From positions 61,816,001 to 61,880,000 of the forward strand of contig CM059432.1 in assembly GCA_030390025.1 (NCBI GenBank): a stretch of DNA of 64,000 nt, in the 5' to 3' direction. The notes under the pieces were generated by a model. That model made no database searches, was not told the DNA's origin, and worked only from the letters and a program-made list of their open reading frames with translations. This stretch comes from Squalus acanthias. Its lineage: Eukaryota. Of this stretch, positions 38,921-50,269 are shown piece by piece. Within the stretch, counting starts at the first letter, position 1. Every line of letters starts with the position of its first letter. A program made the translations under genes and the position numbers.

Positions 38921-39273
38921 GGCTTGCTCCAGAGTGAGAATGAGGTGTACAAAACACCTTCCCTTTATGTAGTGCAGAGAGCCTAGGCCAAACTTTATTG
39001 GCCATTAGACTGCACCAGATATTGTTACTCCCATCCCCCCACCCCCGTTGAGCACTAAGCCAATCAGCAGCACATTTAGCGCTGAGATCAGCGCTCCAAT
39101 CATGTTAATGAGCAGGCAGCACGAATTTTGTGTGCTTCCTGCACCACTTAGAAGAGGCGCTGGCAAATGGCACTGGCCTGTGACACTGCCCATTTTTGGG
39201 CCTTATCCAATTTCTAGGCCCTAATGTATTAAGAGACAAAGATGCCACTGTTTATGGTTTCTTTCTTTGTAAG

Positions 39274-39406
39274 TGTTACAGAAGATGGTGAATCATATGT
39301 CAGAACTGATGATGAAAGTTATGAAAATGAATCTGTCCATCAACTTGAGCATGAGTTGAAGCTGGAGGAATACCTGAAGCAAAAACTGCAGGATGAGAGC
39401 TATCAG
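39274..39406 (+). CDS. DTNA: Alpha-dystrobrevin exon with tyrosine-phosphorylation region: VTEDGESYVRTDDESYENESVHQLEHELKLEEYLKQKLQDESYQ
   Basis: ctttgtaag acceptor, gtgaga donor, 133 nt, phase 2-0. Homologous to mammalian ...DENYENDSV...EEYLKQKLQDEAYQ. Confidence 0.95.
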
Positions 39407-40264
39407 GTGAGATAGGACAATATGTACAATAATCTGCTGCATGCCACATTTTGTGGCAGCCAATTTGGGGAGAGAAAATTAGGTGGTGCTACTTGTATGC
39501 AGGACCTCGCTTAAATAGAATAATTATTAAAATAAGGTCACAAAATTTCAAGTTTGTGGGAAAGGTTCCACCCACAGCGTACACCTCGCCCATAAAAATA
39601 GGCACATTGATCTGGCCTAAATAAGTTGGCTTCTTAAAGGGAGGTGAAAGCTTCTGCTACTGGTTTGCATTTTGGATGGCATTTTGCTCCATGTGTTACT
39701 TGGTTTTCTGGCGTAGTCTGCTATTTTTACATTTTATGGGGGTGGGGGTTCCTGTTAATTTTTTGCTTCATTATTCACTGGTCACAGCTGGAGGAACCTG
39801 TTGCAGGAAATGAAGTGAAACACCTGCAAAACTTTACTGACAATGTGGAACTGACCAACAAAAATATCTTCACAATAGTGTAAATCAATCAAAAATGAAA
39901 TCAATCCCTCTTTACCAAATTCAGCTGTCCTTTGAACTGTTTACAAGTTCTAGTCAGCCAAAGTGAAGCTGCCACCCAATTTGTGTCTCCCAAATTTGAA
40001 GACTTGCAATGAATTTTGTTCTGGACTCTTGTCAGCCTGGTATTTACTGAAAAACCACTGATTTGTAGGAATAAAACAATGGCCCTGAATTTTCTCAGGC
40101 TTTCTGTCGCTGGGCTGCCTTGACTTTGCCAGAAGTGCAACGGGGTTTCCACCGCACTTTTGCTGAAGTTATGGCAGCAGAAAATCTGAAAATATTCAGG
40201 GCCAATGTTTACCTGAATTGCTTGAAAATTGAAAATCTTGGAATTTGATGTTTCTATTTATATA

Positions 40265-40560
40265 GGGGGCTAAATTTGGTTGATTTGCGCCTCCCATTAG
40301 CGCCCTAAGAGGGCACTAACGGGGTGCAAATCAACTAGCGCATGGGCGCAGCGGCCGCTAACGCCTCCCGCGAAATTCAGCAAATAAGGGGAGGAAGGCC
40401 TGCAGTACCGCGGCACATAGCGCCACGATATTGGCTTGCAGCGTCCCAAGAGGGACGCGGGGCGCTTCCAGTAGCGCCCCTCCTCCCCGTTGGGGCGCTA
40501 CCTGGGAAAATCGGCCGCGGGGGCGCTAACTTTTTCGGGGCGCTAAGGTTTATGGGAAGT
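40265..40560. mobile_element. Internally deleted Harbinger-type MITE (A/C-like ends)
   Basis: GGGGGCTAAATTTGGTTGATTTGCGCCTCCCATTAGCGCC start resembles the family A and C termini. Confidence 0.6.
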
Positions 40561-41034
40561 TAAAATTAACTGGAAGATCTATGTATTAGGGGCATGAAAT
40601 CTAATTCAGTCCTTCCATGTGGGAAAGCTATCCAAATTTGGCATCCATCCAACAAAATGTGTTTTGCCTGAAATCAGAAATTGTTAATGCTATTTAGAGT
40701 TATTTCTATAGTAGAATTTAAGTCTGGTTAAAATAGCACTGATAATTTGATATTTGGTACCGAGAGTGCTGCAATGCATCAGGTACCAGCCCCCAGTATT
40801 ATGGTGCACCATCTACATAATGCCTATGTGCTTTTTACACATATCCCAATGTGAAACCGCTCAGGCACTTGGAGCCTGTGCACCATTGTGCAGTAGGCTC
40901 ATTAAAGCCCCGATTTTCATTCAAATGAGGAGAAACCCCGTTAATGCACTGGACAGTGCTCTAGCTAAGTGCTTCAATTGAGTCCTTGCTCTGAAAGATA
41001 AATTGCTGTTTTTTTGTACATCTGTTTGCAAGTC

Positions 41035-41172
41035 ATTGGGGGTCAAGGGGTATGGCGAGAAAGCAGGAATGGGGTAATGAGGTAGCATGTTCAGCCATGA
41101 ACGCATTAAATGGCGGTACAGGCTCGAAGGACCGAATGGTCTACTCCTGCACCTATTTTCTATGTTTCTATT
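41035..41172 (+). mobile_element. CR1 extreme 3' end
   Basis: Similar to 26160-26297, with TTTCTATGTTTCTA tail. Confidence 0.8.
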
Positions 41173-41759
41173 TCCATCTTCACTGCCGGGACAGTAATCT
41201 GGTGGAGTGGACCACCTGACCACTGTAGAATCCACCTAATTTTTATTCCAATCAGGCAGGTTCTACAACAGACAGGCAATCCACTCCACCAGATTACTGC
41301 CGAAAGTGAAAATTACCCCCATTGATTCTCTGCTATATTCTGTTGTTGTTAAAAGGAAAGCAGTGAAAGTTCATGCGGCCTTCTATACAGATTCTTAAAG
41401 CTGTACTTTATCTGTTATCCGTGCCCGTGTGTCTAGTGAACGGCGTTAGGGTGCTGATTTGCGAGCAGGTATGGCTATGGACATTATCTATTTGCAGGTT
41501 CTGGAGGAGGAGGATCATAGGAGGCATGCACTTATCAGATGCAGATCTACATTTGCTCAATTAAAGCTGGTGTTACCTTTATTGTTAAAATAGATTGAAT
41601 GGGAAATGTGCTAAGCTGAAAGAAGGTTAACTTAACTTCATTTAAGTAAATTCTTATTCTACTTCCTATTTTGGTTTCAAATAATATCGCTCTGGGAGCA
41701 GAGGTGTAATATCAATATCCATGCTAGATACTTTAAGTTTCCTTTCAACTTATTTCCTG

Positions 41760-43787
41760 TCTGGACTGGCTGATCTGGCTGGACCACATAAAGCATTATC
41801 AGGTCCTGCTCTCGTTTGCCAAAATTGCTCACTATTCCAGAATCATTCTGGAATGCAAAGATAAACCCCAGCTTCTATTCTCCACTGCTAACCATCTTCT
41901 TAAACCCTTCTTCCCTGTCTCCTCCACCCTCGCCTCCGACAACAAGTATGAGGAGCTCATGGACTTCTTTGTCTCTAAGATTGAGACCATCCGATCAGCT
42001 GCCTCTGCTACTTCCCTTCCTTCCCCTAATCCACCGGGCCAAACTTCCTCTGAGGTTCCTCCCTGTCCTAGCCCTGAACTCACATCTTTCTCCAGATTCT
42101 CTCTGATTTCCCCTGATGACCTCTCCGAGCTCATCTTGCCCATGAGACCCACTTCCTGCTCCCTCGACCCTATTCCCATCAAACTGCTGACCACCCAACT
42201 TCCTTTTCTGGCTCCCATGTTAGCTGACATTCTTAACGGTTCTCTCTCCTCAGGTACTGTCCCCCTCTCCCTCAAATCTGCCGTCATCACCCCTCTCCTC
42301 AAAAAACAACCCTTGACCCCTCCGTCCTTGCAAACTACCACCCCATTTCCAACCTCCCTTTCCTCTCCAAAGTCCTTGAACGTGTTGTCGCCTCTCAAAT
42401 CCGTGCCCATCTTTCCCACAATTCCATGTTTGAATCCCCCAATCAGGTTTCCGCCCTCGCCACAATACCGAAACAGCTCTCATCAAAGTCACAAATGACA
42501 TACTTTGTGACTGTGACAAAGGTAAACTATCCCTCCTTGTCCTTCTTGACTTGTCTGCAACCTTTGACACGGTTGACCACTCCATCCTTCTCCAACGCCT
42601 CTCCACCGTCGTCCAGTTGGATGGGACTGCACTCGCCTGGTTCCATTCTTATCTATCTAATTGTAGCCATAGAATCACCTGCAACGGATTCTCTTCTCGC
42701 TCCCACATCGTTACCTCTGGTGTCCCCCAAGGATCTATCCTTGGCCCCCTCCTATTTCTCATCTACATGTTGCCCCTTGGCAACATCATCCGAAAACACA
42801 GCGTCAGTTTCCACATGTACGCTGACGACACCCAGCTCTACCTCACCACCATTTCTCTCGATCCCTCCACGGTCTCTAAATTGTCAGATTGCTTGTCCGA
42901 CATCCAGTTCTGGATGAGCAGAAATTTTCTCCAATTAAATATTGGGAAGACCGAAGTCATTGTTTTCGGTCCCCGCCACAAACTCCGTTCCCGAGCCACT
43001 GACTCCATCCCTTTCCCTAACATCTGTCTGAAGCTGAACTACACTGTTCGCAACCTTGGTGTCATATTTGACCCTGAAATGAGCTTCCGACCACATATCC
43101 GCAGCACAACTGAGACCGCCTATTTCCACCGCCGTAACATCGCCCGTCTCTGCACCTGCTTCAGCTCATCCGCAGCTGAAACCCTCATCCATGCCTTTGT
43201 TACCTCTAGACTTGACTATTCCAACGCACTCCTGGCTGGCCTCCCACATTCTACCCTATGTAAACTTGAGGTCATCCAAAACTCGGCTGCCCATGTCCTA
43301 ACTCACACCAAGTCCCGTTCACCCATCACCACTGTGCTCGCTGACCTACACTGGCTCCCGGTTAAGCAACACCTCAATTTCAAAATTCTCATCCTTGTTT
43401 TCAAATCTGTCTATGGCCTCACCCCTCCCTATCTCTGTAATCTCATTCAGCCCCACAACCCCCCCGAGATATCTGCGCTCCTCTAATTCTGCCCTCTTGA
43501 GCATCCCTGATTATAATCGCTCAACCATTGGTGGCCGTGCCTTCTGTTGCCTAGGCCCTAAGCTCTGGAATTCCCTCCTTAAACCTCTCCGCCTCTCTAC
43601 CTCTCTTTCCTCCTTTAAGACGCTCCTTAAAACCTACCTCTTTGACCAAGTTTTTGGTCGCCTACACAAATTTCTCCTTACGTGGCTCGGTGTCAAATGT
43701 TTTGTCTTATAACACTCCTGTGAAGCACCTTGGGATGTTTTACTATGTTAAAGGCGCTATATAAATACAAGTTGTTGTTGTTGTTGT
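41760..43787 (+). mobile_element. L2-clade LINE, 5'-truncated, RT domain largely intact
   Basis: ORF 42551-43486 with FDTVDH, GVPQGSILGP, YADDTQLY, SRLDYSN and LHWLP. Tail AAAGGCGCTATATAAATACAAG(TTG)n. A short tail-only copy lies at about 44270-44410. Confidence 0.95.
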
Positions 43788-43995
43788 CTTACTGCCTCAC
43801 CGTGTATGCAATGTATGGAGCTTACTACTAAATACTATACTATATATTCTTTTTCCTTTTCACCACATATCTATTTGAAGTTTCACATTTTATTTGCACA
43901 TCACATATTTAAAAACACCTTTATTATTTTGAGTAGTCACATTACTTACTCTTTGGGCTGTCTCTCTTTCTCCTTATTTTATCTGCTACTTACAG

Positions 43996-44013
43996 GTCAG
44001 TTTGCAGGGGTGA
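43996..44013 (+). CDS. DTNA: Alpha-dystrobrevin-1 stop-containing exon VSLQG* (whole exon 43996-44034, 39 nt)
   Basis: cttacag acceptor, GTC AGT TTG CAG GGG TGA, gtaagt donor at 44035. VSLQG is the human alpha-DB1 C-terminus. Confidence 0.92.
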   Translation, partial: VSLQG

Positions 44014-44564
44014 ACAGACTCTTCTGTGTCCTGCGTAAGTAATTTTTATCTATCATTGGCTCTCACTACTGGCTTTCTAATGCAGATTTTCTAAGAGCAG
44101 TACTATTTCTGGTAATACACCATGCCAATTTTGCTGAAAAACTACAGTATGAACAGTGTGTTACACAGAATAGATCATCCCATCTCAAGTATTTTATTTT
44201 AATCCTTATTGCTTCCCAGCACCCTCCTTGCAATTATATTGTCATTGTTGATCACTGAGGGATGAAAGCAAGCTTTTGGCCACCTGTCCTAATATCTCCT
44301 TATGTGACTCGGTGTCAAATTTTGTTTGATAACGCCCCTGTGAAGCACCTTGGGACATTTTACTATGTTAAAGGCACTATATAATTGCAAGTTGCTGTTG
44401 TTGTTGTTGAACGTGCCCAATCTATATGTATCTTCATGGATCGTATTGAGTCTGTTCCTGGTCACAAGTTGTAGTTGAATGGTGCAGGAAAGGGCGCCTG
44501 TCCAACTAGTTTATTGCCAGTCGCTCAGGAAAAAAAAAATTACCAAGGAAGCTTGAGTGTAAGG

Positions 44565-46200
44565 CTTGGATTTTCCTTTCAATTACCATCCATTTTCAGG
44601 CAGGTTTGCGGTGCTAAACTGAGCAAAATTGGGCAGTAAGGCCTATCACCTCAAATCTGCCCCCAAAAAATTGCATAGGAATTTTCCTCTTCAAAATCTA
44701 CAAATTCTCCTTTAACGCCCAACCAGATGTATTTAATGTGGTCGGGTGGGTATGAGCAGCATTCCTATTGCATCTTCCTCAACTTCTACCCCTAACCTGA
44801 CCCTAATTGTTACTGCCACTTCAAAAATTACATTATAAGCAGCACAGCAGTGTCCTAGAGGCAGGATACTACATTGAGCAGGCCATTTTGTTTGCTGGAA
44901 CTAAATATTGGTGTTACTTTGTCTGCATATCAATTTTATCTGTTTGGTGATCTGGAGGTTCTGTCGGCACTTTTCCTGCCATATGTAGTTAGCTCTACAG
45001 AAAATACTGCTTTGGATTGGGGACATGGATTTTCCCATGGGAAGGAGGATATAGATATGGAAAAGGCTAGGCTGGAGGCACTTAAAATGAGGCAACACAG
45101 GAGTCATTTGTTTCCTACATGTAGATACCCACTCAACAGGGTTTACAGACCAAAAAGGTCTTACTTGGATTTCTCTACCGTCACAGCCTCAGAAGGTTGC
45201 AATTCACTCCTAGAGGCAAATGAAAAGGTATGTCAGCTGCTGGCTGAAAACCAGCAGCCCACTTCCACCAGGAGAAGAGCATTATATGTACCAGTCAGTG
45301 GTACTGCTGCTTTGAATTTCTTTGTAACTGGATTCTTCCAAGCAGCATCTGATGACCTTTGCCATATTAGTCAGGCTGCAGCTTACCATTGCAGAAAGAA
45401 AGCCACTGATGCTCTCTACCAGTGGGCTACACAGTTTATTTCCTTCTCAATAGAACCACATAAACAAAGCGACTGAGCTATCCAATTTTACAGACTGCTA
45501 GGGTTCCCACAGCTGCAAGAAGCAATCATAGAATTATAGAATCATAGAAGATAGGAGCAGGAGTAGGCCATTCGGCCCCTCGAGCCTGCTCCGCCATTCA
45601 ATGAGATCATGGCTGATCATCCAAATTCAGTACCCTGTCCCTGCTTTCTCCCCATATCCCTTGATCCCTTTAGCCTTAAGAAATATATCCAACTCCTTCT
45701 TGAATCTGTTTAATGAATTGGCCTCTACTGCCTTCTGTGGTAGAGAATTCCACAGGTTCACCACTCTCTGGGTGAAGAAATTCCTCCTCATTTCTGTCCT
45801 AAATGGCTTACTCCTTATCCTTAGACTGTGACCCCTAGTTCTGGACTCCCCGACCATCGGGAACATCCTTCCTGCATCTAGTTTGTCCTGTCCTGTCAGA
45901 ATTTTATAAGTTTCGATGAGATCCCCTCTCATTCTTCTAAACTCCAGCGAGTATAAGCCCAATCGACCCAATCTCTTTTCATACGTCATTCCTGCCATCC
46001 CAAGTATCAGCCTTGTGAATCTTCGCTGAACTCCTTCCATGGCAAGAACATCCTTCCTCAGATGAAAACATGTGGCATTTAACGCCCCATATCAGAACCC
46101 CCTCAATTTTCTTCAAGACAAAATTCTACATTACCGTTGCTATCATCCAACCCCAAAAAGTCTATACAATAATGAATTCAAAACTCTGTGTGGTCAAGCC
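44565..46200 (+). mobile_element. Decayed Harbinger transposase remnant interrupted by a CR1
   Basis: ORF 44874-45476 contains RVYRPKRSYLDFS and ALNFFVTGFFQAASDDLCHISQAA. Coding similarity resumes after 46064. Ends are uncertain. Confidence 0.65.
45525..46063 (-). mobile_element. CR1 3' fragment, young subfamily
   Basis: ORF 45627-46040 is nearly identical to the C-terminus of ORF 25284-26201; (ATTCTATG)-type tail. Confidence 0.94.
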
Positions 46201-46572
46201 TTGTTTACTTTTCAGAACAACATTCACCAAAAGGTGGTAACAAATCCAGACATCCCATCTATAACTACTTCTTCCCACCAGGTCTACCCTTTTTGACAGT
46301 TAACTTACTTCTTCTAGCTCCTATTGCTTCTACGAGGTGCTCCCTGCTAAATTCGTGGGGGCCTTTTTTAGATATCCTGGGCGAACGCATAAAACAAGCA
46401 TTAGGCCGGTTAATTATGTAAATTAGGGGGCTAATGCTTGTTGAAGAACGTTTGTTGAAGAACCCCATCAAGAAATTTGTTACCGATGAGTGGTCCAGGC
46501 ATCGAGCCTGCCCTGCTCAGGATTCTTTAGCAGCCCCTGTGGCTGCTAACGAGAGACAAGTTAATAAATGAT

Positions 46573-47249
46573 GGGGGATAAATTCTGTGGTGCCTCCTTT
46601 GGGGCGCTAACTTTGTCGAGGCGCTACTTTTAGTGCCCCGAAAAGGTTAGCGCCCTGCGCCGTAAATTCAGTGGTAGCGCCCCAAGCAGGAGGCTACTGG
46701 AAGCGCACCCCCTCCTTTCTGGGGTGCTACAAGTGAATATCGCAGTGCTATGTGCAACAGCGCCACGCACGTCGGCATGTAGCACCGCGATATTGCAGGA
46801 CTCCCTCCCCTGATTAAAGGGGAGGGGCCTAGCGCTGCGCGCACCGGGGCCCTGCTGGACCACCAGCGAAAGCTCAGCGATCGCGGCCGGCACCCCGAAT
46901 AAAAAAGGGGAAGGGGGCAGGTGCTGGCAGGCGACCAAAAATAAATGGCCACCCGACACCTGCCCATTAAATTGCGCCGCCGCGGCTGCAAAAACGGCAC
47001 CCTGACCCTGTTGGACATATCGTCCGGTGATAGGTCAGGGGGCGCAACTTAAGTTTGCAGCCGGGGCGCTGTGCACAGCGATGACGCCATCGCCGGAGGC
47101 ACAGCGCCGCAGGTCGCTACCGGTTACCGCCGCCACTAACCTCCCACTGAATTTCACGGGAGGCATCAGTGGCGCCACGCCCGGGCACTAGGGGCTTTGT
47201 GTCCCATTAGCACCCCCCCGGAGGCACAAAGCAACCCAATTTTTCCCTC
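46573..47249. mobile_element. MITE family C, inverted relative to 18279-19017
   Basis: GGGGGATAAATT / AATTTTTCCCTC ends, flanks GAT/AAT, colinear reverse complement. Confidence 0.88.
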
Positions 47250-47517
47250 AATGTTCTTGAAAAAAACTCTTCCTGTGGAGCCAGAAGGAGTAGGAGTGCT
47301 TCCCCGACTCCACAGGCATCGTGATCCCACCCCCATTGCCCACCCCAGACCAAAATCTATCCCATGATCTAATGAAAAAGCTCCTTTAAACGGGTTAGTG
47401 GGAAGATGCACACTATGATTCAGTATGGAGTCACACGGTCTAGAAAATTACCAAGTTTGATCTCTGATTTGTGTTGAGTTAGCTGAGCTCATTGGGAATG
47501 CTACAGTTGGATTCTAT

Positions 47518-47702
47518 GGGGGTGAATTGATAGTCAAGAAAAGCGCAAAACAGGTAATAGTGAATCGGCATCTCATTTTACACCACGCCCAACGTTCTTT
47601 TTCATTAAAGTCAATGGAAATGGAAATCGGGCATGGTGTAAAACAGACTGTCGATTCACTATTGCCCACTTCGTGCTTTTGCCAAAGACCAATTTCACCC
47701 GC
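47518..47702. mobile_element. Small Harbinger-type MITE nested in an old SINE
   Basis: GGGGGTGAATTG / CAATTTCACCCGC ends with TAT on both flanks. Confidence 0.6.
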
Positions 47703-47784
47703 TATGTGCTCAGGCTAGGAAGGGGAAAAATTGTCTCGGGTTTCTACTATTGATTGCTACCCGGTAAGGGATGCACAACATAAA

Positions 47785-50232
47785 CTCACAGGTAATGGCA
47801 GAGAAATGGCAGAAATATTGAATAGTTACTTTGCCTCAGGGAGACTAACAAGGTGGGCATGAGATTAGAAGAAGTGATCAAAAAAGATAAAAAGACATTT
47901 AAGATAGAACGAAGGATGATAATTGATAAATTAATCGAACTTAGAGAGGATAAAACCCCTAGTCCGGATGAATTACATCCGCGCATATTAAAAGAAGTTA
48001 GGGAAGAGATAGCAGAAATTCATTAGAAAAGAAAATGCTGCCAGATGACTGGCGAACAGCTAATGTGATTCCTATATATAAAAAAAGAAATAGAACAAGT
48101 CCAGGGAACTATAGACCAGTTAGCTTAATGTCAGTAGTAGGAAAGATGATGGAATCTTTACTCAAGATATAATAGAAAAACATCCAGAAACTTAAAATAT
48201 AGTAAACAATAGTCAGCACAGATTTCAAAAGGGCTTGACCAACCTTATTGAATTCTTTGAAGAAGTAACGGAAAGAGTAGACAAGGGTAATGCGGTAGAT
48301 GTAATGGCCCAGAAATTCGTCCGAATACGGGAGAGTACGCACTGTGTACTCACCCATATTCGGTCCCGAAGTGCCGGTTTCCTGCATGCACTGCGCATGC
48401 GCGGAAAACCGGCACTTCCGATATTGCGAAGGGGGCGGTTCCTAAGTGAACCGCGTGCGCACTACAGGCTGTGCGCACGCAGCACACTTAGTTTTTTTTT
48501 CAGGTTTGAACGCGAAGGTAAGTGTTGAAGATTTTACACATGAAAAAAGCAGGCGTAAGACCCCCTTTTAACAAGGTAAGTAGTTAATTAAGTATTTTAA
48601 ATTTTTTTCAACAGGTTTATCTTTTTTAGAGACTTTAAAGAAAGGTAAGTTTATTTTTATAACTTTTAAAAAGAATTTAAATTTTTTCAAAAATTTAAAT
48701 TTTTGTTTAAAGTGGTTAATTTATTTAACTATAGTTATTTTATTAATGTGATGGTTTTTTTTTAATTTAATTGAGGTTTAGCTGTTCTTTTGGGGGCAAT
48801 TTGTATTCATAGCTTTGACAGCTCTTCCTGTCAAAACTATGAATGAAAGATGGTGTGCTGCCATTGGCTCTAACTGGTTCACGTGATCCCAGAGGTCGCA
48901 TCGAACTAACTGCGCCTCTGGGACACGCACACACTGCGCGCCGGCACCAGGGAGAGGCCCAGGAACTGAAGTTCGTGTGGGCCAAAACCATAAAGGCAGG
49001 CGCGGAGTGCGATATCGCGGGGGATCCTTACCCCCGCGGCAACCATTGAAGTCCAATTTCTGGGCCAATATATTTGGATTTTAAAAAGGACTTCGATACA
49101 CTACCGCATTGTAGACTAATGACTAAAGCCAGAGCATGTGGAGTCAGGGGACAAGTAGCAGAATGGATAACGAGCTGGCTATAAAACAGTAAACAGAGAG
49201 TAGGGATTAAAGCTAGTTACTCAGACTGGCAAAAGGTGGGAAGTGGTGTTCCAGAAGGATCGGTGCTGGGGGGACCACTGTTGTTCACAATTTCTATAAA
49301 CAATTTGGACTCGGGAATCGTAAATACAATTTCAAAATTAACGGATGACACCAAATTGAGGGGCAGAGTTAGTACTGAGGAAGACTGCAACAAAATACAA
49401 GAAGACATTAATAAACGGTAAATGGCAAATTCATTTCAATATAGGTAAGTGTGAGGGGGTGCATTTTGGTAGGAAGAATAAGGAGGACACATACTCCTTT
49501 AGAAAATTAGAATCTAAATGGGATAGAGGAGCAAAGGGATCTAGGAGTACAAATACACAAATCACTAAAAGTGACGCAGGTTAATAAGGCCATAAAAAAA
49601 GCAAACCAAGCACTCATGTTATTTTCTAGAGGGATAGAATTGAAAAGCAGAGAAGTTATATTAAACTTGTTATGGAACCTTGGTTAGACCACACTTACAG
49701 GACTTTACACAGTTCTGGTCTCCATATTATAAAAAGGATATAGAGGCACTGGAGAAGGTGTGAAAAAGAATTACAAGGGTGATACGAGATCTGAGAAGTT
49801 ATACTTATCAGGAAAGGATGAACCGGCTGGATCACTATTCTCTAGAAAAGAAAAGGCTGAGGGTGACCTGATCGAGGGCTTTAAGATTGTGAAAGGGTTT
49901 GATAGAGTACACGTAGGGAAGATGTTTCCACTTGTGGGGGAGACCAAAACTAGAGGCCATAAATATAAGATAGTCACTTAACATCCAATAGGGAATTCAG
50001 AAGAAACTTCTTTATGCAGAGAGTGGTTAGAATATAGAACTTGCAACCATGAGGAGTAATTAAGATGAATAGCATAGATGCATTTAAGGAGAAGCTAGAT
50101 AAACACATGAGGGAGAAAGGAATAGAAGGATATTCTGATAGAGATATATGAAGAAGGGTGGGAAGAGGCACATGTGGAGCACAAACACCAGCATGGATCA
50201 GCTGGGCCCAATGGCTGTACATTCTATGTAAT
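47785..50232 (+). mobile_element. Decayed CR1 LINE interrupted by a family B MITE
   Basis: MAEILNSYFAS, NYRPVSL, TNLIEFFEEVT, GVPEGSVLG and DDTKL motifs; tail ATTCTATGTAAT. Confidence 0.9.
48306..49066. mobile_element. MITE family B, inverted relative to 32445-33208
   Basis: TIR GGCCCAGAAATT / AATTTCTGGGCC and TSD AAT. Removing it restores the CR1 codons GAT GTA ATA TAT TTG GAT TTT (DVIYLDF). Confidence 0.95.
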
Positions 50233-50269
50233 CCTTGTTGGAAAGTGCATATGTGAGGAATATAGGATT

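Larger units (their letters stand above)
34579..39220. mobile_element. Full-length but defective PIF/Harbinger DNA transposon with two convergent genes
   Basis: TIR GGACTAGAAATT / AATTTCTAGGCC, 3-bp TSD CTA (34576-34578 and 39221-39223), transposase on +, Myb/SANT gene on -. Confidence 0.93.
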
